Positions 11,781-25,700 of a DNA stretch of 54,408 bases are shown one piece after another. The notes under the pieces were generated by a model. That model made no database searches and was not told the origin of the DNA. It was given only the letters and a program-made list of their open reading frames with translations. Source of the stretch: Catajapyx aquilonaris (taxonomy: Eukaryota); NCBI GenBank assembly GCA_000934665.2, contig JYFJ02002587.1, forward strand, positions 1-54,408, in the 5' to 3' direction. Position 1 is the first letter of the stretch; each line of letters opens with the position of its first letter. The translations under genes and the position numbers were made by a program.

Positions 11781-11975
11781 ATATTGCATGTGCTCTTCAA
11801 GGTCGTTTGTTTGGAATGCATTAGCAGATGCTGGTGAAATGGCTTCATGTACTATATCGCTCAAAAAGATAGAGACGATTGGCATTTGATTCAAGTGCAA
11901 GTTGCACTTGAGTCAAATGCAAAATCGTCTCTATCTTTTTGGGCGATATAGTACTTGAATGCCTTCCCACAGTAT
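11781..11975 (-). pseudogene. Degenerate duplicate of part of gene B's last zinc-finger exon, split by a MITE
   Basis: With 11852-11953 removed, the minus strand reads CGKAFKYMKPFHQHLLMHSKQTTLKSTCN versus CGKVFKSTKPFHRHLLMHSKQKTLKSTCN at ~13093-13180. Confidence 0.75.
11852..11951. mobile_element. 100-bp hairpin MITE with TA TSD
   Basis: TA|CTATATCGCTCAAAAAGATAGAGACGATT...AATCGTCTCTATCTTTTTGGGCGATATAG|TA; the empty site is shown by the paralogous exon. Confidence 0.85.
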
Positions 11976-12084
11976 TCATGTTGCACTTGGTGGTGGTCAA
12001 CATATACAGATGGAGAGCCTTGGAAAACTGTAAGTATGGGTCACCATAAGTCAGGTTGTTCATAAACTGGGAACTTCCTGCATA

Positions 12085-12331
12085 CAGGGTGTTCCAAGTT
12101 CGTGGGCCGTTTTACTTATCACTAATATTGCCTGAAGTGGTTATTTTTGTGTAGCTTGTTATGCCCCGACCCAGTTGCCCCATTACTCTCAGGTGGTCAA
12201 ATATAGCAGTAGCTATAGAATAGAGAGCACCGGGATTGGGGCTCATCAAGCTACACAAAAATAACAACTTCGGGCGATATTAGTGTTTAAAAAAAAAAAA
12301 AAAAAACCACCCACAAACGTGGAAGATTCTG
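12085..12331. mobile_element. CAGGGTG-type palindromic MITE
   Basis: TA|CAGGGTGTTCCA...TGGAAGATTCTG|TA with inverted CACTAATATTGCCTGAAGTGGTTATTTTTGTGTAGCTTG arms. Confidence 0.7.
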
Positions 12332-12868
12332 TACACAAAATGTGGTGTACCAACACACAAAGTAATATGGTTTCTGTCTTACCTTGTCAGTTACCTTCAT
12401 GAGGTAAAATCGTAATTTTGCAAGTGCAAAAATCACAATCAAAAATCAGTCCAACCATGAGCATTTTTTGCATTGTGCACTTTAAAAAAAATCCCTCCAA
12501 AAAACTACTGATAACCTCTTCCAGTGCTTTTGGAAACTTGCTCAAAACTGTGCAGCAGCCCTTGAAAACCACTTTTACAATGACACTCTTTTACAAAATC
12601 AGCTTCAATCACGTATCGCGAAACGAAAACAAACACTTTTTGACGGAAACTTGCCATTTCATCAAATATCTTGGCACAAAATGAATGAAACCATATTCAC
12701 ACCATCAAGTTGAAAAGTACTGCTTAAACGCCAAAATAACTCTCAGAATCTAAACAATATATTACAATGAGCGCAAGTCCAATGTACCCAACACTTGGCT
12801 CCATGGCCTTGACAAATTAACTTTCAATTTTATTCATGGTTATTGATTCCTTTCAGTTTTAATCACAA

Positions 12869-15800
12869 TCACTCCACAGAGTGTACAGCCGTGTGCCTGC
12901 GAAGCTGAGAACGACTCTCATACATCCTTTCGCAAGTCTTGCAAGTAAACGATTTTCCATCCTCGTGAGCAAGCATGTGTTGTTCAAAGAGCATTTTTAC
13001 CCTGTATTGCTTGCTGCATATGTCACACCTAAAATACGGCTTGGGAGTGGGAGCATCTCTGTAATCCTGAACTATCTGTGAGGAGACATTGACATTGCAT
13101 GTGCTCTTCAAGGTCTTCTGTTTGGAATGCATTAGCAGATGCCTGTGAAATGGCTTCGTGGACTTGAATACCTTCCCACATATTTTGCATTCTAGTGTCT
13201 TGTTGTTGGAATGCTTTAGCAAATGTTTGTGCAATGACTTCCTGTGCTTGAATGTCTGCCCACATAGCAGGCATTCTCGTCTCTCCTTCTTGGAATGATC
13301 CCGAACCTAGAAGCATTAAAGGGAACTTACTGTTAGTTACTTCCAGAACTATGGACAACAATCCTAGATCATCCCTGAGGGCTTCACTAAAATGCAAGTG
13401 TGAAAATATGTCGCACTTTCTCAATAAACATAATGAGTCCCAACGAAGTAGCCTTACGTGTGCATTTAACATGATTATGGCATATGATACAAGAAGTTGA
13501 GCCAAAATGGCTTATTAGGCACTCCACCCATACTATTAAAATCCTTCTTGTGGTGTTTGACCGACCCACCCCATTGGCTCCAGTTCTGCAACCACCCAAG
13601 GGAAGGAGCCATGACATTAGTAGCGTGAGGCAATGCTTTCACTAAATGTGGACTCATAAGAGTAGCAGCAGGCCTAGTAAAATGCAAGCAAAGAAAGGGT
13701 TTTAACCGCGTTACATCCTAGTTTCAATTCAATCGCAAAAGACTGTCGGCAGCAGTACCGATTCTTCCGGTTTTTGACCATTTGAGTAAATTTCCAAATT
13801 TTTATTATTTTTCTCTTTTCTTTCAATGGAAGGGCTAGATCAGTGATGGTTGCAATCCCCAACTTGGCTCAACACTATCGCCTTGGTGATGGTCTTCTTC
13901 AAGCTCTTTCTAAGTTGTTTACAAATATTTTTTTACGCGGTATGATTGTGGGTGTATACAGGGTGATCAAACTTTTTTGTCGTTTTAGTTATTGACAAAT
14001 TCGGCCTTAGCTGCTTATATTGCAGCCGTGGCTAGCAACCAGTTGTTGAAATCAGAAATAGGAAATAACAACAGTTTATATTAGGGATTAAATATTAGGG
14101 AAATGAGTGTACGTTTTGTGTATATGTGTTCATATCATTTATATCATATTCATCCTTTTCATTAACCCTCTGCGTGGCCTGACCATCCACCAGAGTGTCA
14201 TTTTGTAGGTCATACGAGGGGGACAGGGGCAACCTGTACTCCGCTGGCTACCCCTCTATGGGATTATTTTGCCGTGAAGTAAATGATGATGATGAAACAA
14301 CACAAAACAAATGAAGATAGATTTGAACGTGATTCGAACAAATTCGAATGCCATTCTTCATTTGTTTCGTGTTGTTTAATCCCTAGATAATATCAACTGT
14401 TGTTATTTCCGATTTCTGATTTCAACAACTGCTTGCTAGCCACGGCTACAATATAAGCAGCTAAGGCCGAATTTGTCAATAACTAAAACGACAAAAAAGT
14501 TTGATCACCCTGTATGTGATCCTGTCATTGTTATCATCTTCATCACCTTCATTAACACACTGTGTGGCTTGACCAGCCACCAGAGGTGTCATAATGTCTG
14601 TCTTAACGAGGTGGTCAGGTAATGCCTGGACATCCCACTCTTCTATGGGAACTAATGCCGTGAAGAAAATAATGTATGCATGTAGGTATGTACTGTACAT
14701 TAAGAGCGCGCTCTGGGCTACGCTATCCATTGTTGCGGGGAGCCCGTCGCGGGCCGGCCCGTGAGTTTGACACTTCTTCCTCTCGCTGTCACGGCCGCAA
14801 ATATGGAGGTATCGGCATGAAACTGGAGTATATGGACGCGAAAGAGTTGCACTTTGCGCTGGTGCACTTACTTTTCTCCTGGGGCGATATTTGAGGCCGC
14901 CGCGGCCAGGTACAGTTTTTTATTTTGACCCGCAATCACTCCTTTCCATGTCGGTACCAGTGAGATTCGAGACCATCACGAGGTTTTTACGCCGAATTAC
15001 CGTAAGTGTGTGAAAGGGCACGAGTGTGGCCGTCTTGGTTTAGCCAAACTTTGGGATCGAAAATACCCCCCTCCATGAACAATAACAACTCGCACGAAAA
15101 AAGCGACAATCTGGCAGCGCCGCGCTGACTGCCAGTTCGGTAACCACGGCGACATCGTATGTTTACACAAAGAGTTCTGCTATATTATATATACACCTAG
15201 AGGAGGTACTCGGCCTGAAATGTGAGGCAGGCAACAATGCAGGCAACAATATGACCTCCAACAAGATGGCGGACGCCTGACATTATTTGAACTAATTGTC
15301 GCCCAGTTGTCATTATTGGTTGTTGTCCCAGTTGCTAGACAACTGTTAGAACAACAATATGACCTCCAACAAGATGGCGGCTACCTCAGCCTGTCTAATG
15401 GAAAAGGATAGGGAGTACCTCCTCTAGGTATTATATTATATAATAGCAGAACTCTTTGTGTTTACATCGTTCTAATAATTTATTAGCCTCTACCTTATCC
15501 CCGTCACCGTGGTTACGAAACTGGCAGTCAGCGCGGCGCTGCCAGATTGTCGCGTTCTTCGTGAGAGTTGTTATTGTTCATGGAGGGGGGTATTTTCGAT
15601 CCCAAAGTTTGGCCAAACCAAGACTGCCACACTCGTGCCCTTTCACACACTTACGGTAATTCGGCGTAAAAACCTCGTGATGGTCTCGAATCTCACTGGT
15701 ACCAACATGGAAAGGAGTGATTGCGGGTCAAAATAAAAAACTGTACCTGGCCGTGGCGGCCGCAAATATCGCCCCAGGAGAAAAATATGCGCACCATCTC

Positions 15801-18800
15801 AAAGTGCAACTCTTTCGCGTCCATATACTCCAGTTTCATGCCGATACCTCCATATTTGCGGCCGTGACAGCGAGAGGAAGAAGTGTCAAACTCACGGGCC
15901 AGCCCGCGACGGGCTCCCCGCAACAATGGATAGCGTAGCCTAGAGCGCGCTCTTAAGTAATATTTCCTTCTAGTATTGCATTTGTAAGTTAATATTCACA
16001 TGTCCCTCATTGCTCTGTGTTGTGTTCTGTTACACAGTCACTTGACAGATCATGTGGAATTTCATATAAAAAACCCAAAATTGTAGTGTGCGATTTCATC
16101 ATTACATTGATCCCTTTTTGTAGGACAGGGGAGGTCCTCACGTTGCACCCAATACATCCTGAATCAGTATCCAAATGCAGTGCAGATCTAATAACAACAG
16201 GTCCATTCATTTAGTGATTTAAGGGGTCGAGTATGTGGAATCAGCTTGGAACGCTGAGTGCAGGGCTGGTGTGTCTGGTGTAAATCATTCATGCATCACA
16301 TACGGCCTTGCACAGTTGCACTCGCCAATCAGAGCATGTACCGGAGCCTCCACCAAAATAAATTAATGCAATGCAGCTAAGACATGCCCCCTGCATTTAC
16401 CTGTGAACTTCCATTAACTGAAGCAATGCTACACCAGGCCATAAATGAATACACCAAACAACACTGAGGTTGTAATAATTATATTCACATGTCACAGAAA
16501 AAGCAGCAATTGGAATCAGATACTAAATTAAGACTGACTGCCTTGTTTCATGGGTGAAAAATATTGATTCAATTCTTGAAGCATGCTGTACTTGCACCAC
16601 TTCAGAAACCAGGGTTGTGAACCGAACCGAACCCTTGCTTTGTGAACCCGATGACAGCGGAGCCACTCCGGAGCAGTAAAGCCGGGTCCGGAGTGAGCGT
16701 CGGAGCTTGCCAGCTTGCTCCACAGTTTGGTTCGGGCCAACGGCTCTGGAGCTGAACCTGGTTCCGGAGGGAGTTTGGAGCGGTTCAGAGCTAGGTTAGG
16801 TCCAACATACCAACACAACGGGGGGAGAGGCAGAAAACCCGCTGGATTTACTCCAGCGTATGCGTCATGTTTTCATGGTGGCAGAATAGCATTTCCAAGC
16901 ACCTGCAATACAGGGTGTACTGCAAATGTCACATTTTTGTCATACTCATTTTTGTATGCCACATTTTTATGTCATACGCAATTTTGTACGGTACAATATG
17001 TCATACACATTTCTTGTAAGTACTCCGGAGTGGCTCCGCTGTTATCGGGTTCACGGAGCAAGGGTTCGGTTCAGTTCACAACCCTGTCAGAAACTGTCAA
17101 ATTTAATTATAGTTTGCGCAAATTAAATTGCAATTGATGCACATACCAATGTCTTCTTTTCAGGATGTTCAGTTGCCATGTGGCGCTTCAAATCCTCTTT
17201 TTCCACAAATGGATCTCCACATTTGGGGCAGGAGAGAAGTCTACGAAGCAAAACGCGTAGTTCCTTGCTCTGAAATAATTTAAAATAGTCAATAACAATA
17301 GGTCAATTAAGCATTTATTATTCTGCTTTGTTCTAATACATGATAAAGATATGCATTTACCCAACTACTGAAATAGTTAATTTAAATTCCTCAGGGTGTC
17401 CATACATTACCATTTCATACACCTGATAGCATATACAGTAAAATCTCGATATAACACCTCCACATATACAGGGTGGCCTAAATTAAAACTGGCAGCACTC
17501 CGAGCATCTGTAGTCCGTTATGACAACTGGAATGGCGCCAAATTTGGTAGGGGGACTTATGAAGACATGAGAAGAAGGATTCCATGATAAAAACAGTGGT
17601 TTCAAAGGTCACCCATAGGGGTAAATGTGGCCTTTTGCAATGTAAAAAGAGTTCATATGGACAGACAAATGAATAACAGACGAAACTGAACTGAAACAGC
17701 CTTTTTTCAGCGGAAGTGGACCTGTTTCAATGTGGACACCATTCTCATATGGACCAGGAATTGCATCCTGTGCACAACATTCTCTACAGCCGAACGTTAT
17801 AACTTGTCTGAAGGAACATTCACCACAGCCCATGGTGCACATGTTCAATGGCACTGGATATTGGAGTGTCGTTTAAAAATCCTCCCACTCCTTTACAACT
17901 CTTTCCAATATTGCACAGCACCACATTTCCTCCTATAGGCGACCTTTAGAACTACTGCTTTTTATTGCAAATTCTTTTTCACATGTCTTCTTCATTATTT
18001 GGTGCAATTCCAGTTGTTAGAAAGAGCTACAGATGTCTCTCAGTACTGTCAGTTTAATTTTGTCCACCCTGTACGAAGCTTTCCCAATCCCTTGATCAAG
18101 CCCCATAAGACCCAATGGTAAATTAACCCGCTTACGTATAGCGCTTCCTGCATAAACCGCTCTGTTTCCCTAGTCCCCAGACACTTATCCCGCATATAAT
18201 GTCAAAAGCACAAAAGGCATATCATGTGTACGTACAGAGCTTGAATTTCACCCTGCTGGCTGAGATTTGGTTGGGCGAGTGATCCGGCAAAGGTGGGGAG
18301 ACTCTGCGGAGCAGATAGGCTTGCTGAGTCCTTGCAGGATGTGGCCTGAGACCCAAGGGGGAAGGGTCAAGGGGAGTCGAAAGCAAGCTGGCAGTATGGG
18401 AGCGATGAGCAATTGACAACAACCGACGAATAGCAGGGCATTTTTTCCCATGCACCTTTGAGGTGTGAAGGCCAGTGTGGGATGGTGTACAGTATGGATG
18501 TGGGCCTTGTCGGCAAGTGTTAAACCCGTCAACGTTGCATAGAGGCTGCTTATGTGAACTATGACCCTGGTTAGTCACTATTGCTTCGGGTGCTTCAGGG
18601 GATATTTTCGGAGTCTATGTGGTACAGCACCTCGGCAGGTCAGTTCAGGTTACTCTCGTTTATTAGGATCCATATGCATAGCAACAGCTAAGGCAGTCAT
18701 TTCCTGAGAAAATAGTGAATTAAATTCCATGTCCTGCATATATTGAATTCCCGCTTATAACGCTACTTTTGGATGGTCCCTTGAAGAGCATTATATCAAT

Positions 18801-21800
18801 ATTTTACGGGACTTTTCCATTTGCTGATACCCACTAATGGACATTTTCTGGAATATCTCTCTCCTTTATGACAGTCAACAATCCCACCTTTTGCATTTCC
18901 ATGGAGATGCCATCAATTAGTAAAAAAAGTACACAGTGTCCACAATGGAACAATTCCATAAGCTCATATTCGGGCAAACAATATAAACAAACTTGTTTAT
19001 ATACTAATCTTCGTTTGGGGCCATTGGTACCATTCCAATTTCGAACGTGACTCATGCGCACATAACTTGAATTCATTTGGGTTAATTGCAGCCGATCGCA
19101 CACTCACCATTCCACATCTCCTCACCAGGTATGATCCCTTTTCTTCCACTTTCATACCCACAAAAACTTACAGGCCATTATTCAGTTAGGAAATAGTACC
19201 AGCTGTTTATTGACCCTTTGTATAACATCGTGAGTTTTAAAAATTCGACAGGAGCCTGACGATGCAAACCAAGGCACTGGAGGCTGAAAATGACGCCACT
19301 GAAAGGTGGGTGGGAGGATGGATGAGTCCCCCTGGACCTCACCTTTGAGTTGGTGATGCTGTAGGCCTTTATGTTACTGCAACAGTACTGTGCAGTGGAC
19401 CACTGCCACCATCAGGGAACATGATGGACAGAGGCAGTGATTCCTCCTGAGTCCCAGACATAAACACGTCTATTCCATTCTACGCTTTATTCTAGACTGA
19501 CTCCATGTAACTATGTACACGCTTTACACTCGGCCGAGTTCTCATTGCTGCAACAATGAACAAGGTGGCCAGAAGGGCCACTACAACTATCCTTTGTTTT
19601 GGCTAGGCACGGTTCGTCGCCCTGCAGGGTGATTTTAGTTCAATGCAGGAGAGAGCGAGCTAGGCACTTATTGTGGGTTTTGAATCCACCAACAATGCGG
19701 TCATCATTGTGCGCCGCAGGCCGACATTGGCATAGCCACAATAACATTTGTTGCCTAGCTCGCGATCGCTCGCATTGAGCTAAAAACACCCTGCAAGGTG
19801 ACGAACCATGCCTGGCAGGGCCACAACAAAGGACAGTACTGTTGCGGTAACATAAGGCCATACAGAATCACCAACACAAGGGGCAACTCCATCCTGACCG
19901 GATCAGAAGCGCACAAAATATGGCTGATTACCCAATATGGCCCCCTACATTCACCTGGAACAGGGAGCCAATCAGCGCCTGCCACCCTCCACTGTTGCCA
20001 GAATGCGCACAAGGCCCACTCGCATCTCTGGAAATGATGCGAAATGGATGCGACTCTCACCCTAGCACCTTAGCATAATAAGTCCTAGCGGGGTACAGCT
20101 TCACTAACATAAGAGAGTGCCCTATTGTTGACACTGTTTACTCCTCCATGGAGTAACAAAGGAGAGGGCTATTCCAGAAAATGTCCATAGTGGGTATCAG
20201 CATATGGAAAAGTACCGATTTTACTGTAATGGGATACCTCATGATAGGCAGTTGACAGTTTAACATGGAGGCAACTCATCAAAATTCTTTCCACAACATA
20301 AAATTCTCCAACCAATTTTCAATTTGAAATAATGACTTCACAGTAGGGATGGCATGGCCTGAACCCGCCTGAACCAAAGGGTGTAACAACTTTGTGGAAC
20401 CAGTGTATAGGGTCCCTGTGGATTCGGCCTGGAACCAGGATTAGAACCAGCTTGGATCAAGAGATCACAGGCCTGCCCCTTTCTCCTTATACTGATAAAA
20501 AAAAGTCGAACACTAAAGTGGGAATTACAATGATTAGATTAGACACACACCATGTAATTTGGATTCCCTTCATCTATGATTTGCAGCAGTCTGACTGGTT
20601 CCAGTAAAAGGGCAACTTTGAGTTGCTCTCCAGAATCTCAGGACCTTGGTCCAGAGCAAATTCTCACTCTAATAGATGCACCCAAATTGAAAAATCATGT
20701 AGTGTAGAATTGGCTTGAGTCTGTGCCTCTGTCCAGGGTGAGTCATCGTCACCACTCGGCTAGGTTCACGGTCTCAGAAGAATAAGTTGGGATGCTCACC
20801 GCCATCTTGTGTACCGTTAACCCTTCCCACATTGGCGCTAGTATATCTGCAATGGAATCATGCTGTGGAACTCGCAGCAACATAGCGACAGCGACCCTGA
20901 TGGTGCAACTCTGCATCTTTGTGTATCGCTATCAGTAGCCAGGTGTTAATGCATAGCTGTACCGTAACGGTCACTAGTTGCTATGATGCTGTGAGTTCCG
21001 CAGCATGATTCCGTTGCAGATATACTAGTGCCAATGCGGGAAGAGATAATGGCACAGCTTTTTCTATTGGGCTGGGATATAAGTGTCCGGGGGCTGGCTA
21101 GGTTCAAGTAGTACTACACCTTTCATGACCCTGGGAGTGGCAGTCGTGTGCAGAGAGGGAGGATGAGCCAACTAAGTGAAAGATATGATACTACGTGGAC
21201 AATCAGGGCCGGGTAGTTCTGCCCAGTTTCGGCAAAGGGTTAACTAGTGTGTACCTAATCTAAAGGTGTAATACCTGCTGAAGGTCCTGCCGCACATGCC
21301 AATTTTCATGAGCATTGCTCTTCCCCAATGCCAAAGTGAGAAATAAATAAACAGTGAAGGGAATGCCACATGGCCATGCATTGGGGGTGCCCAATGCATG
21401 GCCATGTGGTTGCATTTCCCCTCTTGCTCATCCCCTTCTCTGACACCCAATTGAAATGAAGTTCAGAAAATCAGCTGATGATTATTATTGAAGTGTAACC
21501 TCATTTATAAATAAAGTGTGACAGTGTGCAAACAGAAGCGATTTCATTTTTTACCTTCACTGGTATGTGACAGATAGAGTTTCCACGACGTTTTTTGGAC
21601 CCATTGTAGTCATTCAGAATGGATAGGAAAGACTTGGACTTCTTTGGTGACTTGCATTTAGATGTGTTTGATTTGACAGTGCACTTTGGGACCTCATCTA
21701 AGACTCCATATAATCCACCATCCTCCTCCTCTTCCATCGTTAGACAGTCAGATTCACTTCCACTCTCCTCCTGAAAGGAAGTGCAGTTGAACCATGGATC

Positions 21801-22718
21801 TGAAAGCATGTCCTATATTACATTGTAAATGACTATGCAGCTATGCATATCTTGCTTTACACCTCTCTGTAGAGGGTTTGCATGTAACAGTAAATGAATT
21901 TATGATGCTAGTGGATCCAAGATGTAACATTCATAATATTGGCAGTTGGCCACCTCTGGCTGTATTTCAGATGCTCAAGTGCTGGTGAAATTGGGTGCAT
22001 GTTTGAGGGTATTACTGTATATTGTGAGTATTTTACAGTATCATACCAATTCGCCCAATGCACATATGCCTGATGCATGTTCACCTGATGACAACGTACC
22101 CAACAAAAATTCGCATGATGCAAACTCGCCCGATGCATGTGCACTCTTCATGGATTCCAGTCTTTCCTATCTTCTTTTTTCCTCTTCGTTTCTCCCTCCA
22201 TCTGTCCCATCTTTGCGTCTTCTTACAGCCAGATAGCCATAGTTGCTTTGGCTGCTTCCAAATAAACCAAACCAAACCCTGTCATTCCATATTATGGCAG
22301 TACGAGCTGCTACTGCATCGTGCATTGGGCGAACATCTATCAGGCAAATTCTCATCGGGCAACCGTCCATCGAGCGAACATGCATCGAGTGAACTGTGAT
22401 GGAACCATATTTTACATTACCAAAATTATGATTAGCGAAATTATGACGATGATATGAAAGAATTACATTTCACAGTAGGGTGGAGGGAAAAAAAAACGAA
22501 AGTTGTCTGATTAAATCGCACTGGGTGTCAAATGTTGTGCATTGACAATTGCAACACCGGTGAATTTTTTTAGAATTTTTGTACTTCATCTACATTTGTC
22601 GCCAGAGCCTTCGAGTTTCGCAATTTTGGCGAGAATGACACATATTACATTATGCAACACGATTTTTGTCCATGGAAATTCATCGCAATTTCCATGTTGG
22701 TTAGGTCACTGGTAACTC

Positions 22719-22771
<53 letters not shown>

Positions 22772-25700
22772 CCGGGTAGTGCTTGACCTCATCTGAGGTA
22801 TATAGCACGGACCTTTATTTATTAAGTACATCGGAACCTTTATACGTAACGCCCGGGCCCACGGGCAGGATGACAGGAGGGGATGTGCAAGGTGCAGTGC
22901 AATGTCTTTATGTGGCCATTTTTAGTGAACTCCCCCGGGTGGTTTAGTCTGTGGAGATACCACCCGAGACGAAGCCAGAGGTGACCCAATGAACTCTGCA
23001 CGAGATGAAGGGGATGTCCCCGGGCTGGGATCGAACCCGGGACCTTAACATCCGTGGGCGCATACGTTACCGCAGCGCCACTCCGCCTCCCAGGTAACTC
23101 ATAATATTGAGCATTCATTTTGCCTGGGATTTGTTTTTGACCTTGGGGCAGTTGCAGTCAAAAAACCAAATTCCTCGAAATAGTGCATAATATGGGTCAT
23201 TCCGAATCAAGCAGGCCGAAATGTTGCTAGACCATCTCGGAATTTGCTGAAAAATATCACAGCTGTACATGACTATGCCATAACACGTCATGTCAAGTTT
23301 CAGCCAAATTACGCAATACCATTGGGAGGAAAAAAAAATCGCGAAATTGAGAAAAATAGTGAAAATCAGGCCCTTTTGGATAATTTTTTCGGTTCGTGGA
23401 AGTGGTCAAACCCCAATAAGAAATACATCAAATGAAAGAGGATTACGAAGGGAATGCATCTAAGCAATTAGTTTTCCTCTAAAGTGTAACCAGAAAAATG
23501 TGCGTGGCATTCCATCGGTCACGTGCTCGGTCACATGTCCAAGAATTTTGAAATATTCTGGTTACATTTGAGAGGGGAACTAATTCGATAGACACATTCC
23601 CCTCGTGATCCTCTTTCATTTAATGTATTGCTTATTGGTGTGTAAACACTTCCACCAACCGAAAAAATTATCCAAAAGGGCCTGATATTCACTATTTTCC
23701 TCAATTTCGCGATTTTTTCCCTCCCAACGGTATTGGGTAATTTCGCTGAAACTTGACATGACTTGTTATGGCATTGTCATGTACATCGGTGATATTTTTC
23801 AGCAAATTGCGAGATGGTCTAGCAACATTTCGGCCTACTTCTTTCGGAATGACCCGTATGCACTATTTCGAGGAATTTGGTTTTTTGAGTGCAACTGCTC
23901 CAAGGTCAAAAACATATCCCAGACAGAATGAATGGTCAATATATTCTGAGTTACCAGTGACCTAAGCAACATGGAAATAGCGATGAATTTCCATGGACAA
24001 AAATCGTGTTGCATAATGTAATATGTGTTGTTATCGCAAAAATTGCGAAACTTGAAAGCTCTGGCGACAAATGAAAATGAAGTACAAAAATTCTTTAAAA
24101 AATCACTATTGTGATACTTGTCCATACACAACTTTTGACACCCCATGCGATTTAATCGGACAACTTTCATTTATTTTTCGCTCCACCATATTGCACAGTA
24201 TTGGTTGCTTTTGTCCATTGCGACACCCAACCAAGATGTCTCAATTCTGTTTGGAAATGTATTAAGAACTCTCAAATCTGCCATCAGTCTCTCTATTCCT
24301 TTACTGCAATCCCTTAAGGATGCGAATGCGATAGCCTAAGGTACGGTAAACGAGAGAACCATCTGATGTGATAGTTTCTTCCATTGTTGCTTTTTGTTGA
24401 CACTGTTTACTCATATTGTTCTGTGAGAATACAGTCGAATCCCTCTATAACGAAACTGAAGGGAACCAAATTTTCTTTCGTTACATGCGAAATTCGTTAT
24501 ATAAAAAATGCGTTTAAACCTCACTTTTTCCGATATTTAGGCGTTATATTAAGCCCTGCTAGCGGGAAAATAGTTTAAAAAATTCTTCCGCACTAAATTA
24601 GATTATCTCACAAAGCAAGGTGCAAAGGCGACAACAATACGCTACAGCAATTCAGCCGATCAGCTAACCCGCCGCACCCCGCCGCACCGGCCTGCCATAA
24701 TCTCCAGCAAGTAGTAGACCCAAGGGGGGAAAGAGGAAATGGTGGGGAAAGATGATAGATAAGGAAAGGTCAGGCTCTTATCTCCCGTGAATATTCCCAG
24801 GTTTTAACCACCTGCCTCCTTTCCCCCCCTCCCCCCCCAGGGGGGGGGGGGGGGCACATGCTAGCAATAAATCCAGTGGGTAGCTTTGAGTCACAGAGCG
24901 ACAGCCCTCCCCCCTCCCAGAGAATCCTTTCCCTTCCATTAGGACCTCAAATTATCAATGTTTGGACGGAATGTGTGAAAAAAGGTTGAATTCCGAACAC
25001 ACAGATGGTGATTTATGGCCCACTTTGCTAACTTCCGCCCTTTTTCGGCAGAGAGGTGGGACTGGCGGAGCGAAATTTTTTCGTTATATGCGAACTGAAA
25101 CCGAAAATCCTTTCTTTAAAGGAGATATTTTTAACATGGGTTTATATGGGCCTCTGACGGTCACAAATTTTCTTTCGTTATAAGCGGATTTTCGTTATAT
25201 CCGGATCCGACTGTATTTCCATGGAAACTTCGATGACGTCAGATAGTTCTCTCATTTTCCATACATTATGTAGTCCAGCATCAATGAAAACAGCTTTTGA
25301 TGGAAACTGCTTGATGCAATAGAATTGTTCACCTAGCACAAAAGGTTCATGAATGGATCATGATCAACACTTAATAACAATTAAGAACATAACAATGGCT
25401 CAATTACAGTAAAACTTCTATAAGTCGAACTTCCCTAAGTCGAAGTTCTCTATAAGTCAAAGAAAATGATGAGCTTGGTTGGTCACAATGTAAAATAATA
25501 GGAAGGCAATTCCACGAAAGGCGGCCATATTGTCCGTACGTAACGCAGGTTTTGCAGACATGTACTAGCGTATTTTATTGTAACAATACCCACACATTAC
25601 ATGAAAGGGATTAAGCATGCAGTGCATGCATCCTGGCATTGTTATAATAAAATACTCTCGTGCACGTAGGCAACACTTGCGTTACGTACGGACGGCTGCG

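Larger units (their letters stand above)
17436..20226. mobile_element. pogo/Tigger-like element carrying nested insertions
   Basis: Left TA|CAGTAAAATCTCGATATAAC; the right TIR is split between 18790-18807 and 20217-20226 (GATTTTACTG|TA). Confidence 0.7.

Noticed and set aside
13029..13505. 158-aa minus-strand ORF
   Set aside because: Out of frame with the zinc-finger exon it overlaps and crosses the 13306 acceptor; no domain.
22037..22406. Regularly spaced short repeats resembling CRISPR or iterons
   Set aside because: Degenerate ~15-bp units without unique spacers, inverted at the two ends, in a eukaryotic context: transposon subterminal repeats.
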